Assembly: GCA_046716885.1 (NCBI GenBank)
Contig: JBKJWL010000238.1
Location: forward strand, 30,830 to 94,829
Origin: Thermoanaerobaculia bacterium
GTDB lineage: Bacteria > Acidobacteriota > Thermoanaerobaculia > UBA5066 > Gp7-AA6
DNA length: 64,000 nt
Direction of reading: 5' to 3'
Position numbers and translations under genes: made by a program. Shown piece by piece: positions 29,585 to 39,370 of the stretch. The notes under the pieces were generated by a model, which saw only the letters and a program-made list of their open reading frames with translations, was not told where the DNA came from and did no database searches. Position 1 is the first letter of the stretch. The number at the start of each line of letters is the position of its first letter.

Positions 29585-30688
29585 TCATCCGCTCTCCACC
29601 ACTTCGTGCTGCGAGATGTTGAGGATGATCCCTCCGGCGATCCACGAGGCTACCAGCGAAGACCCGCCGTAGGAGACGAAGGGCAGCGGAATGCCTTTGG
29701 TCGGCACCAGCGCAAGGACCACGGAGAGGTTGATGGCGGCCTGCACGACGATCATCGCGGTGGCACCCGCTGCGAGAAAAGCCGCGAAGGCATCCGGGGC
29801 GCGCCGCGCCGCCCGCAGGCCGCGCCAGGCGACGACCGCGAAGCACATCACGACTCCCACCGCGCCGACGAAGCCGAGCTCCTCGCCCACGATGGCATAG
29901 ATGAAATCGGTGTGCGGAAACGGAAGGAAGAAGAGCTTCTGCCGGCTCTCGCCCAGTCCGTTGCCGAGCCAGCCGCCCGCCCCGACGGCGATGAGCGACT
30001 GGATGGCCTGGAACCCCGTTCCCAGCGGATCCGACTCGGGCTTCAGGAACGACAGCAGGCGCGCCCTCCGGTAATCGGCGGAGAGCATGAGTGCGGCCAG
30101 GAGCGGCAGCATCGCCAAGCCGCCGAACACGAACCACCGCGCCCGGACCCCGGCCAGCCACAGCAGGACCGCGCAGAGCATCACGTAACACGCCGCCGTG
30201 CCGAAATCGGGCTGCAGGACGACGACGCCCGCCGCCGCGCCCACGAAGACAAGCACGGGCAGGAGGGCCCGCTCCGGGTCGCCGGCCTTCTGGGCCTTGC
30301 GCGAGAGCTGGTACGCGATGACGAGCACGAGCGCGACCTTGAGCAGCTCCGAGGGCTGGAGCATCGTGATGCCGAGCGGGATCCAGCGGCGGGCGCCGTT
30401 GATCGGCGACTGGAAGAGCGCGAAGACGGCCGAGAGAATCGAGGCGGCATAGACGCCGTAGACCACCCAGGGCCGGGCCAGGCGCCGGTAGTCGGTCCGA
30501 TACACGGCGAACGCGGCGATCCCGCCGAGCGCGAGCGCCCCAATCTGCTTCAGGAGGAAGCGGTAGGGATTGCCTGACGTCTCCCCCGCCGATACGGCCG
30601 AGGCACTGTAGATCATGACGCACCCGAAGAGCGAGAGCGCCACGAGCACGCCGAAGAGGATCTTGTCGGAGGCGAGCTTACGCGCCAT
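29585..30688 (-). CDS. ftsW: Peptidoglycan glycosyltransferase FtsW (SEDS family)
   Basis: 10-TM SEDS protein with the conserved ...PFVSYGGSSL... motif. It lies at the dcw position between murD and murG. Confidence 0.9.
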   Translation of the reverse strand: MARKLASDKILFGVLVALSLFGCVMIYSASAVSAGETSGNPYRFLLKQIGALALGGIAAFAVYRTDYRRLARPWVVYGVYAASILSAVFALFQSPINGARRWIPLGITMLQPSELLKVALVLVIAYQLSRKAQKAGDPERALLPVLVFVGAAAGVVVLQPDFGTAACYVMLCAVLLWLAGVRARWFVFGGLAMLPLLAALMLSADYRRARLLSFLKPESDPLGTGFQAIQSLIAVGAGGWLGNGLGESRQKLFFLPFPHTDFIYAIVGEELGFVGAVGVVMCFAVVAWRGLRAARRAPDAFAAFLAAGATAMIVVQAAINLSVVLALVPTKGIPLPFVSYGGSSLVASWIAGGIILNISQHEVVESG

Positions 30689-32102
30689 GGATGCCTTTCA
30701 CTTGCGCCGCGTCGCGCGCCAGCGCAGCGAAGTGTCGCCCCCGCTCCTCGAAGTTCCGATACTGGTCGAACGAAGCGCAGGCCGGGGACAGCAGAACCGT
30801 GTCTCCGGCGCGTGCGAGCGCCGCCGCCCGCGCCACGGCCTTCTCCATCGTGCCGCACCGCTCAAGGGGTGCCGCCCCGGCCAGGGCCGCCTCGATCGTT
30901 TCGGCCGCCTCGCCGATCGTCAGCACCGCGCGTGCCTTGCGCGCAACCGGATCGCGCAGAGCCGGAAAGTCGCCGTGCTTGTCGCGGCCGCCGAGGATCA
31001 GGACGACGGAGCCGTCGACGAGCCCTTCGAGCGACTTGGCGACCGCATCCACGTTCGTGCCCTTCGAATCGTCGATCCAGCGCACGCCGAAGGACTCGGC
31101 CACGAGCTCGGTGCGGTGCGGGAGGCCCTGAAACCGCGTCAGCATATCGATGATCGCCTCCTCCGGAGCGCCCAGGCACTCGGCCGCCGCGAGTGCGGCC
31201 AGCGCGTTCTCGAGGTTGTGCGCCCCCGAGAGCGCCAGGAGCTCGGCGGGCAGGACCGCGTGGGGCGGCCCGGCCGCGTCCGACAGGATCTCGTCCACCT
31301 CGAGCCACGTGCCCTTCCCGTCCGGCTTCCCGCGGCGGGAAAAGAGCACCCGGCGCGCGCGCGTCGAGATCCCCCGCGAGGCGGGATCGTCCGCGTTGAA
31401 AATCGCCACGTCTTCCGGGCCCTGCCGCGCGAAGAGCCTCGCCTTGGCCGCGACGTACGCGGAGAACCCCGCGTAGCGATCCAGGTGATCCGGCGTGATG
31501 TTCGTCAGGACGGCAACGTGCGGCCGGAAGCGGTCGATCGCCTCGAGCTGGAACGAGGAGACTTCGCAGACGAAGTCGCGCCCGCCGCTCTCCGAGAGGA
31601 AGCTCGAGAGGGGCTCGCCGATGTTTCCGGCGAGCGCGACGCGCCGGCCCGCACGCTTCAGGATCTCGGCGATCCACGTCGTCGTCGTGGACTTGCCGTT
31701 GGTGCCGGTGACCGCAATCCAGCGGTTCTCCCCCGGCGCCTCGCTCTCGGCGATGCGCCAGGCGATCTCGATCTCCGCAAGAACGGGGATCCCCCGGGCG
31801 CGCGCCGCAACTGCCGCGGGGGCGTCGGGAGGCACGCCAGGCGAGATCGCGACCCAATCCGCGCCCGAGAGGAACTCTTCCGGCGGCCCGCCGAAGAAGC
31901 CGCGCCCCCCCCGCCGGCGCAGGGCGTCGAGCCCTTCGAAATCTCCCTCGGGCCGGCTGTCTCCCACCGATACCGCGACCCCGCGGTCGAGAAGCGCCTC
32001 GGCCAGGGCGCGGCCGCTGCGGGCGAACCCGAGCACGGCGACCGATCGCGGCAGGTTCGGGGGTAGAGCGGCGGCGAAGTTGGTCATCGGCAGGGCGCTC
32101 AT
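30678..32102 (-). CDS. murD: UDP-N-acetylmuramoylalanine--D-glutamate ligase MurD
   Basis: It starts MSALPMTNF...VAVLGFARSGRA and has GTNGKSTTTTW. The ATG at 32100..32102 overlaps the mraY TGA (ATGA). The 685 aa ORF-track extension is rejected. Confidence 0.93.
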   Translation of the reverse strand: MSALPMTNFAAALPPNLPRSVAVLGFARSGRALAEALLDRGVAVSVGDSRPEGDFEGLDALRRRGGRGFFGGPPEEFLSGADWVAISPGVPPDAPAAVAARARGIPVLAEIEIAWRIAESEAPGENRWIAVTGTNGKSTTTTWIAEILKRAGRRVALAGNIGEPLSSFLSESGGRDFVCEVSSFQLEAIDRFRPHVAVLTNITPDHLDRYAGFSAYVAAKARLFARQGPEDVAIFNADDPASRGISTRARRVLFSRRGKPDGKGTWLEVDEILSDAAGPPHAVLPAELLALSGAHNLENALAALAAAECLGAPEEAIIDMLTRFQGLPHRTELVAESFGVRWIDDSKGTNVDAVAKSLEGLVDGSVVLILGGRDKHGDFPALRDPVARKARAVLTIGEAAETIEAALAGAAPLERCGTMEKAVARAAALARAGDTVLLSPACASFDQYRNFEERGRHFAALARDAAQVKGIHGA

Positions 32103-33184
32103 CGCAGCTTCAGCGTCGAGAGACCGAGCACCGCAAAGAGGATCGCGAGGATCCAGAACCGCATGATCACGCGCGACTCGGCCCAGCCCGAGAGCTCGAA
32201 GTGGTGGTGGAGCGGAGCCATCTTGAACACGCGCTTGCCCCGCAGCTTGAAGGAGCCGACCTGGATGATGACCGAGAGCGCCTCGATCACGAAGAGCCCG
32301 CCCACGATCGCGAGCAGCACTTCCTGCTTCGTCATGACCGCGACGGCCGCAATGGCAGCGCCGAGCGATAGGGCGCCGACGTCGCCCATCATGACCTCGG
32401 CCGGGTGGCAGTTGAACCAGAGGAACCCGAGCGAGGCGCCGACCAGCGCGCCGCAGAAAATCGCCAGCTCGCCCGACTGCGGGATGAAGGGGATCTGCAG
32501 GTAGCGCGCGGCCACCGCGTTGCCCGTGACGTACGCCAGGATGCCGTACGTGCCCGCGGCGATGCCCACCGCGCCGATGGCCAGACCGTCCAGGCCGTCC
32601 GTCAGGTTCACGGCGTTCGAGGACCCCACCACGACCACCGCCACGAACGGAATATAGAGGATGCCGAGATCGACGAGCAGTTTCTTCAGAAAGGGGAACG
32701 TCACGACCGTCGAGAAGCCCCCCTGCCCCGACCACTGCTCGATGGCCCAGGCCACCGCAAAGGCTACGAGGAACTGCGGCACGAGCTTGCCCCGCCCGGT
32801 CAGCCCGAGACTGCGGCGCCGGGTGACCTTGACCCAGTCGTCCGCGAACCCGACCGCGCCGACCGCGAGGAGCGTACCGAGGGCGATCCAGACGAAGCGA
32901 TTCGGGAGGTCCATCCAGAGCAGCGTCGCCACGACGACGGCGAACAGGATCAGGAGGCCCCCCATGGTCGGGGTGCCGGCCTTGGCCAGGTGGGTCCTGG
33001 GGCCCTCGGCGCGGATCGACTGGGCAACCTGCAACCGCTTCAGGAGTCGGATCGTCGGAGGGCCGAGCACCAGCGAGAGCACGAGCGCCGTGACGGCGGC
33101 CATGGCCGTGCGAAACGTGATGTAGCGGAAGACGTTGAAGCCGGGGAAGCGGCTGGAGAGCGGATAGAGGAGCCAGAACAGCAC
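32099..33184 (-). CDS. mraY: Phospho-N-acetylmuramoyl-pentapeptide transferase MraY
   Basis: It has the MraY family signature, including ...MGDVGALSLGAA... The GTG start at 33184 is preceded by GGAGG. Confidence 0.92.
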   Translation of the reverse strand: MLFWLLYPLSSRFPGFNVFRYITFRTAMAAVTALVLSLVLGPPTIRLLKRLQVAQSIRAEGPRTHLAKAGTPTMGGLLILFAVVVATLLWMDLPNRFVWIALGTLLAVGAVGFADDWVKVTRRRSLGLTGRGKLVPQFLVAFAVAWAIEQWSGQGGFSTVVTFPFLKKLLVDLGILYIPFVAVVVVGSSNAVNLTDGLDGLAIGAVGIAAGTYGILAYVTGNAVAARYLQIPFIPQSGELAIFCGALVGASLGFLWFNCHPAEVMMGDVGALSLGAAIAAVAVMTKQEVLLAIVGGLFVIEALSVIIQVGSFKLRGKRVFKMAPLHHHFELSGWAESRVIMRFWILAILFAVLGLSTLKLR

Positions 33185-33185
33185 G

Positions 33186-34544
33186 TCAGACCTCCGCCAG
33201 CTTCTCGACGGCGCGGTCGAGGCCGATGCCCCGCGACGCCTTGAACAGAGCGACGTCGCCGGAGGTGAGCAGACCGGCGAGGAGCTCCGCCGCCTCTTCG
33301 GCCGAGGCCGCGTCGAAGACGGCGGCCTTCGGCAACCCTGCCGCGACGGCGCCCTCGCCGATCCAGCGAGCGCGCTCGCCGACGCACACCAGAAGGTCGG
33401 CCCGTCCCGCCGCCTCGGCCCCCGCCGCCCGGTGCCACCGCTCCTCTTCCGGGCCGAGCTCCAGCATGTCGCCGAGCACGGCGATCCGCCGGGAGGCCGG
33501 CAGGGCTCCCAGGGTCTCGAGGGCGGCCCGCATCGAGGCCGGATTGGCGTTGTAGGCGTCGTCGAAGAGGCGCGCACCCGAGGCGTGGCGCCTCCACTCG
33601 CCGCGGTGCGCGGCGGGTCGGAATTCCGCGGCCGCGGCCGCGCTCACGGAGGCGGGGACGCCGACGGCGAACGCGATCGCGGCGGCGGCGAGAAAGTTGG
33701 AGACCTGATGACCGCCCGCCAGCGGCAGGCGGACCGGCGCCTCGCTCTCGGGTGTCACGAGGGTGAGAAGGGTTCCATCGGCCTCGGGCGCCACGTCCCG
33801 GGCGGTCACGTCCGCCGTGGCGCTTTTCCCGAAGCGCACCACGCGCCTCGGATGCCGGGCCGCGATCGCCTCCACGAGCGGATCGTCCGCGTTGGCGACG
33901 AAGGTCCCTCCGGGCTCGAGCCCCTCGAGAATCTCGGCCTTGGCCTCGGCAATCGCGTCGAGCGAGGGGAAGAACTGCAGGTGCGCCGGCGCCACGAGCA
34001 GGATCGCGGCCACGTCCGGCTCGAAGACGCGGGAGAGGTTCGAGAGATCCCCCGGCTGGGAGAGACCCATTTCCCCCACCATCCACTCCGGCTCGCGCGC
34101 CAGGTTGCAGATCGACATGGCGAAGCCGATCTGGCTGTTCTGGTTGCCTGGGGTCTTCTCCACCGCGAGCCGGCGGGACAGGATCGCGGCCGCGAAGTCC
34201 TTGGTCGTGGTCTTCCCGGCCGAGCCCGTGATCGCCGCGAGACGAAACCCCATTCGCTTCTTCAGCGCGGCGGCGAGCTTCTGGAGAGCTTCGACCGGCT
34301 TCTCCACGAGCACGGCGGGAAAACCCGCCGGAAGGTGCGGCAGGCGCTCGCCGAGAATCGCCCGCGCGCCTCGCGCCGCCGCGTCTCGCGCGAAGTCGTG
34401 GCCGTCCACCCGCGCGCCCCGGATCGCGACGAAGAGGTCGCCCGGGCGCACCTGGCGCGAGTCGACGGCCACACCTGTCAGATCCGCGGCGCCCAAGGCG
34501 CGCGCCCCGGCGGCGGCGGCGAGCTCGTCCAGAGTGAACCTCAT
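33186..34544 (-). CDS. murF: UDP-MurNAc-tripeptide--D-Ala-D-Ala ligase MurF
   Basis: ITGSAGKTTTKDF plus the Mur ligase domains are present. The ATG is at 34544. Confidence 0.92.
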   Translation of the reverse strand: MRFTLDELAAAAGARALGAADLTGVAVDSRQVRPGDLFVAIRGARVDGHDFARDAAARGARAILGERLPHLPAGFPAVLVEKPVEALQKLAAALKKRMGFRLAAITGSAGKTTTKDFAAAILSRRLAVEKTPGNQNSQIGFAMSICNLAREPEWMVGEMGLSQPGDLSNLSRVFEPDVAAILLVAPAHLQFFPSLDAIAEAKAEILEGLEPGGTFVANADDPLVEAIAARHPRRVVRFGKSATADVTARDVAPEADGTLLTLVTPESEAPVRLPLAGGHQVSNFLAAAAIAFAVGVPASVSAAAAAEFRPAAHRGEWRRHASGARLFDDAYNANPASMRAALETLGALPASRRIAVLGDMLELGPEEERWHRAAGAEAAGRADLLVCVGERARWIGEGAVAAGLPKAAVFDAASAEEAAELLAGLLTSGDVALFKASRGIGLDRAVEKLAEV

Positions 34545-35995
34545 GGTCTCCCCACGAGCTCAGCAGCGACTTTGCGGTCGTCGAACGGAATCTCGAGGGA
34601 ACCAATCGCCTGCGTCGACTCGTGGCCCTTGCCCGCGATGACGACGACGGTCCCAGGGTTGGCGAGCTCGAGGGCCTGGCGGATCGCCTCGCGCCGTTCG
34701 ACGACCTTCAGGTACTTCGTCGCGCCGGAACGGATCAGACCCGCCTCGACGTCGCGCAGGATCGCTTCCGGGTTCTCGGAGCGCGGATTGTCCGAGGTGG
34801 CGATCGCAATGTCCGCCAGCCGCCCCGCGATCTCGCCCATCGGCGCGCGCTTGCCGCGGTCGCGGTCGCCGCCGCAGCCGAAGACCAGGATCACCTTCCG
34901 GTCCGTCAGCTCGCGCACCGCCTCGAGAAGCCGCTCCAGGGCGTCGGGCGTGTGCGCGTAGTCGACGAGAATCGGATACGCTTGGCCGGCCTCGACCCGC
35001 TCGAGGCGGCCCGGCACGTTCTTGACGCCGGCCGCGGCGAGGGCGACCTCCGCCGGCGGGATTCCGAGCCGCGCCGCCGCCGCCGCCGCCCCGAGAAGGT
35101 TGCCGACCTGAAAGCGGCCGAGGAGGGGCGAGGCGATGCGAAAGCGCCCGGCCGCGGAGACGACGTCGAAAGACGTCCCCGAGAGATCGCAAACGACGGA
35201 CTCGGCTCTGTCGTCGGCGGGCCCGCCGGAGGGCGAGAAGCTCGCCACGGGGGGGGCTACCTCCGCCAGGAGCCTCTGCCCGTAAGGGTCGTCGGCGTTG
35301 ACGACTCCGAAGCCGCCCGGCTTTCTCAGCTCGAGGAGCCTCTTCTTGGCCGCGTAGTAGCTCTCCATGTCGCCGTGAAAATCGAGATGGTCCCGCGTCA
35401 GGTTCGTGAAGACCGCGACGTCGAACCGGCAGCCCTCGACACGATCGAGAGCGAGGGCGTGCGAGGACACTTCCATCGCGGCCGCCGGCACTCCGTCCTC
35501 GACGAGCTCGCCGAGCAGCTCCTGGATGAGGGGCGCCTCCGGCGTCGTCCGGGCGGCGTCGATCTCCCGCCGCGCCGTGCGGTACCCGATCGTCCCGAGA
35601 AACCCGGCCTTCCCGTAGTGGCGTTTCAGCATCGCCTCGAGGAGCACCGCCGTGGAAGTCTTGCCGTTGGTGCCGGTCACACCGGCGAGCACGAGGCGTT
35701 CCGTCGGGTCGCCGTGAACGCGGGCGGACAGAAGCGCCAGGGCGCGCCGCGCGGAGGGGACGCGGAACCAGGGCACCGGGGCTCCGGCGGGCGCCGGCCG
35801 TTCGCAGACGATGGCGACGGCGCCGCGGTCGAGCGCCTCGGGGACGTGCGCGAGGCCGTCGGTCTTAGCGCCCGAGACGGCCACGAAGAGATCGCCCGGG
35901 TCGACCTGCCGCGAATCGCTCACAACGCGCCCGACCTCGAGATCTTGCGCCGCGGGGGCGATGCGGACGCCCGGCAGTACGGCGGCAAGCTCCAT
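34541..35995 (-). CDS. murE: UDP-MurNAc-L-Ala-D-Glu--2,6-diaminopimelate ligase MurE
   Basis: It starts MELAAVLPG... and has GVTGTNGKTSTA and DNPRSE motifs. The ATG at 35995 is chosen. The 1050 aa ORF-track N-terminal extension is rejected. Confidence 0.93.
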   Translation of the reverse strand: MELAAVLPGVRIAPAAQDLEVGRVVSDSRQVDPGDLFVAVSGAKTDGLAHVPEALDRGAVAIVCERPAPAGAPVPWFRVPSARRALALLSARVHGDPTERLVLAGVTGTNGKTSTAVLLEAMLKRHYGKAGFLGTIGYRTARREIDAARTTPEAPLIQELLGELVEDGVPAAAMEVSSHALALDRVEGCRFDVAVFTNLTRDHLDFHGDMESYYAAKKRLLELRKPGGFGVVNADDPYGQRLLAEVAPPVASFSPSGGPADDRAESVVCDLSGTSFDVVSAAGRFRIASPLLGRFQVGNLLGAAAAAARLGIPPAEVALAAAGVKNVPGRLERVEAGQAYPILVDYAHTPDALERLLEAVRELTDRKVILVFGCGGDRDRGKRAPMGEIAGRLADIAIATSDNPRSENPEAILRDVEAGLIRSGATKYLKVVERREAIRQALELANPGTVVVIAGKGHESTQAIGSLEIPFDDRKVAAELVGRP

Positions 35996-36000
35996 CAATC

Positions 36001-38037
36001 TCACGGACTCGGGGGAGGCGGTGCCGTCTCCTGGGCGCGGCGTCCGGCCGCCCGGGCCGGCGTCGGCGCGCTGTCGGCGAGAAAGAGCGTATGCAGCGCA
36101 CCCGGCCGGGTGGGCGCACCGGCCGGCGGGTCCTGGGCGACGACGAAACCGGAGCCCTGGAGGCGCGCGAGAACGCCGGCGCGCGCGAAGAGCGCGACCG
36201 CCTGGCGGGCCGACAGCCCCAGCACGTCCGGCGTGCTCTCCGGGATCTCCGTTGCCGGCTCCGCGCCCCGGGCGCGGCGCGAGGCAGGGACAACCCCGGC
36301 CGGGTAACGAACCGCCCGCGGCGCGGACTCGGCGAGCACGCTGGCGGGCACCCGCTGCTCCTGCGGCGCCACGCGGAGGATCCCGAGCGCCTGTGCCATC
36401 ACGCGGGAGAAGAGCGGGGCGGCGACGTCCGCGGCGTAATACTTGCCCTGGGGCTCCTCGAGAACCACGACCGCGACGCACCGCGGGCTCTCCGCGGGCG
36501 CAAAGCCCGCGAAATTGGGGATGTGGCTTCCGGGCTGGTAGCCGCCGACGCCCGCCTTCTGCGCCGTGCCCGTCTTGCCGCCCACGGCGAATCCCGGAAT
36601 CGAGGCGCGCGCGCCGGTTCCCCGTTCCACGACTCCGACGAGAATTCGGGCGATCGACCGCGCGGTCGCCGGTGAGAGCACGCGCTCGGGCTCCGCGGCT
36701 GGCACGGGGCGCTCGGTTCCGTCCGGCTCGACGATCCGGGTCACGATTCGCGGCTGGACCAGGTAGCCGCCGTTGGCGACGACCGCGGTGATCCGCGCGA
36801 GCTGCAGGGCGTTCAACGAAACCTCCTGGCCCATCGAGATCTCCGCGTTCGAGAGCCCCGACCACTTCGACAGTGGCCGGAAGATGCCGGGGTTCTCGCC
36901 CGGCAGATCGATGCCCGTGGGCCTTCCCACGCCGAAGGCGCTCGCGCCGTCGAACAGGCGCCGCGCTCCCAGGCGGAGGCCCACGCGGATGATGCCGACG
37001 TTGGACGAGCGCTCGAAAATTCCCGCCAGCGAGAGCGCGCCGTAGCGGTGGCGGTCCGACTCGCGGATGGTGGTGTTGGCGATGCGGATCGTCCCGTCGC
37101 CGGTCTCGATCATTTCCTCGAGCCCGACGAGGCCGTACTCGAGGCCGAGGGCGCCCGTCACGATCTTGAACGTGGAGCCGGGCTCGTAGGCGTCGGCGAT
37201 GACGCGGTTGCGCCGCGCCGAAGGCTCGAAGCTGCCGAACTCGTTCGGGTCGAAGTCCGGCGCCGAGGCCATCGCGAGGATCTCGCCGTTGCGCGGATCC
37301 ATCACGACCACGCTGCCCGAAAGGGCCCGGTGCTCCTTCATCGACGCCGCGAGCTCGCGCTCGGCCGCGAACTGCACGCCCGAGTCGAGCGAGAGGATCA
37401 ACGACGCGCCTTCCTCGGCCGGCCGGCTGTTGGCCGTCTCCAGTTCGCCGTAGCGGCTGCGCCGCGCGTCCGTGAGCGCGACGAGCTCCCCCGGCTTTCC
37501 GCGGATCGCTTCGTCGTACCGGTGCTCGAGGCCCGCTAGACCCTTGTCGTCCGTACCGACGAAACCGAGAACCGCCGAGGCCAGGCGCCGCTTCGGATAG
37601 AACCGCCGGGGCTCGGTGACCAGGTGGATGCCGGCGAGCCGTCTGGCCCGGATCCTCTCGCCGATCTCGGGCTCGATCTGGCGGCGGATCCACACGAACC
37701 CGCGGTTCGTCGCGAGCTTGTCGAGGACCTCGCGGGGGGACATGCCGAGCAGCGGCGCGAGCGCCTCGGCGGCGGCGCGCGGGTTGCCGACGTCGTCCGG
37801 GATCGCGAAGATCGACGAGGACTCGACCGACACCGCGAGCTCGCGGCCCTGGCGGTCGAGGATCGACCCGCGCTGCCCGGAGATCTCGATGCGCCGCTCC
37901 TGCTGCCGCTGCGCTTTCGCGCGGTATCGCGAGCCCTGGGCGATCTGGATCTGGACCAGACGGCCGACGACGACGATCGCCCAGATCAGGAGGATCAGCG
38001 CGAAGAGCCGCGCGCGCCCGCGCCGGACGCCGTTCAC
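36001..38037 (-). CDS. ftsI: Peptidoglycan D,D-transpeptidase FtsI (PBP3) with a C-terminal PASTA domain
   Basis: It has the PBP dimerisation domain and a transpeptidase domain with STFK, SSN and KTGTA motifs. The C-terminal ~70 aa (VPDVLGLSARQAVALFARAGV...GSGFVVAQDPPAGAP) form a PASTA fold. The GTG start overlaps the ftsL TGA (GTGA). Confidence 0.92.
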   Translation of the reverse strand: MNGVRRGRARLFALILLIWAIVVVGRLVQIQIAQGSRYRAKAQRQQERRIEISGQRGSILDRQGRELAVSVESSSIFAIPDDVGNPRAAAEALAPLLGMSPREVLDKLATNRGFVWIRRQIEPEIGERIRARRLAGIHLVTEPRRFYPKRRLASAVLGFVGTDDKGLAGLEHRYDEAIRGKPGELVALTDARRSRYGELETANSRPAEEGASLILSLDSGVQFAAERELAASMKEHRALSGSVVVMDPRNGEILAMASAPDFDPNEFGSFEPSARRNRVIADAYEPGSTFKIVTGALGLEYGLVGLEEMIETGDGTIRIANTTIRESDRHRYGALSLAGIFERSSNVGIIRVGLRLGARRLFDGASAFGVGRPTGIDLPGENPGIFRPLSKWSGLSNAEISMGQEVSLNALQLARITAVVANGGYLVQPRIVTRIVEPDGTERPVPAAEPERVLSPATARSIARILVGVVERGTGARASIPGFAVGGKTGTAQKAGVGGYQPGSHIPNFAGFAPAESPRCVAVVVLEEPQGKYYAADVAAPLFSRVMAQALGILRVAPQEQRVPASVLAESAPRAVRYPAGVVPASRRARGAEPATEIPESTPDVLGLSARQAVALFARAGVLARLQGSGFVVAQDPPAGAPTRPGALHTLFLADSAPTPARAAGRRAQETAPPPPSP

Positions 38038-38384
38038 CGCGCCGGCTCCGGAGCCTCGACGTACTGGACTTGCCCGGGGTTGGGAGGACGCAGGCCCTTC
38101 TTCCTCGCGAGGCCGGTCACGCGGTCGGGTGAGGACGCCCGCGCGAGCTCGACGCGCAGCCGGCGGTTGTCCTCGGTCAGCTCCGCCACGGCTTTCTGGC
38201 GCGCTTCGCGCAGGTAGCCGACCCGCACTGTCTCGATGTGGAGCGCGGCGTAGGCGAGAAGCGCGCAGGCGATCGGCAGCCCCGCCAGCAGGAACGTCGC
38301 GAGCTCCCGGCCGCGCCGGCGGTCGCGCTCGCGCGTCAGGTGCAGATTCTCGACGCGCTTGGCCTGCGCGTACGTGGTGCTCAC
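38034..38384 (-). CDS. ftsL: Cell division protein FtsL-like
   Basis: 116 aa with an N-terminal TM (LATFLLAGLPIACALLAYAALHI) and a coiled-coil (AVAELTEDNRRLRVELA). It occupies the ftsL position between rsmH and ftsI. The GTG start follows GGAGG. Confidence 0.6.
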   Translation of the reverse strand: MSTTYAQAKRVENLHLTRERDRRRGRELATFLLAGLPIACALLAYAALHIETVRVGYLREARQKAVAELTEDNRRLRVELARASSPDRVTGLARKKGLRPPNPGQVQYVEAPEPAR

Positions 38385-39253
38385 AGAGCGGCAACCTCCG
38401 ACGCCAGATCGGCCGACACTTTCTCCGCCACGCGCAGCCGCGCGCTGCGCGACCGGGGATTCCGGCGCACCTCGGCCTCGGAGGGCCGGATCGGACGGCG
38501 CGTCAGGACTCTCAAGGCGGCCCTCGCGCCGCACACGCACTGCGGCAGGCGCGGCGGGCACAGACAGACGCCCGAGTCGCGGCGGAAGGCGTCCTTCACG
38601 ATCCGATCCTCGAGCGAGTGGTACGAGATGACGGCGAGGCGGCCGCCCTGGTCGAGCCTCGCGACCGCGGCCGCGAGGAATCGGGCCAGCGCCGAAAGCT
38701 CCTGGTTGACCTCGATCCGCAGCGCCTGGAACACGCGGGTGGCCGGGTCGATCTTCTCCCGACTCCCCTTCTGCTTCGCCACGATGCGGGCGAGGTGCCG
38801 AGTTGTCTGGATTGGGCCCCGAGTCCGCTCCGCTATGATTCCGCGCGCGATCTTTGCCGCCATTCGCTCCTCCCCAAAATCACGGAAAATCCGTGTGAGT
38901 TGATCGACCGAAGCCGTGGCCACGATGTCGGCCGCACTGCGGCCGGTTTTTCCCATGCGCATGTCGAGAGGCCCGTCGCGCCGGAACGAGAAGCCCCGCT
39001 CCGCCTCGTCGATCTGCATCGACGAGACCCCGAGGTCCGCGAGGATTCCGCCGGGCGCGGGAGAGCCGGAGAGCACGGCCTCGAGATCTCCGAAGTCGGC
39101 CTCCGCGAAGCGGACGCGGCCGGTGAAAGGCGCGAGCCGCTCGCGGGCCAGCGCGAGCGCGTCGGGGTCTCGATCGATCCCGAGAAGACGCGCGTCCGGA
39201 CCGCGCGCGAGCAGCGCCTCCGCATGCCCGCCCGCGCCGAGCGTCGCGTCCAC
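38381..39253 (-). CDS. rsmH: 16S rRNA (cytosine1402-N4)-methyltransferase RsmH/MraW. The coordinates run from the first canonical start; the conserved N-terminal region extends upstream (see findings).
   Basis: FVDATLGAGGHAEALL, DLGVSSMQID and the SAM-methyltransferase fold are present. The HTPVLLEEVVEALAPERGGFF segment is encoded in-frame upstream of the GTG at 39253 with no canonical start codon in front of it. Confidence 0.85.
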   Translation of the reverse strand: MDATLGAGGHAEALLARGPDARLLGIDRDPDALALARERLAPFTGRVRFAEADFGDLEAVLSGSPAPGGILADLGVSSMQIDEAERGFSFRRDGPLDMRMGKTGRSAADIVATASVDQLTRIFRDFGEERMAAKIARGIIAERTRGPIQTTRHLARIVAKQKGSREKIDPATRVFQALRIEVNQELSALARFLAAAVARLDQGGRLAVISYHSLEDRIVKDAFRRDSGVCLCPPRLPQCVCGARAALRVLTRRPIRPSEAEVRRNPRSRSARLRVAEKVSADLASEVAAL

Positions 39254-39370
39254 GAAGAAACCGCCTCGCTCCGGCGCGAGCGCCTCGACGACCTCCTCGA
39301 GGAGAACCGGTGTGTGCGGCCGAGTTTCAAAGCGCGTCGTCTCCCGTCTCCGGTCTTCCGTCTTCCGTCC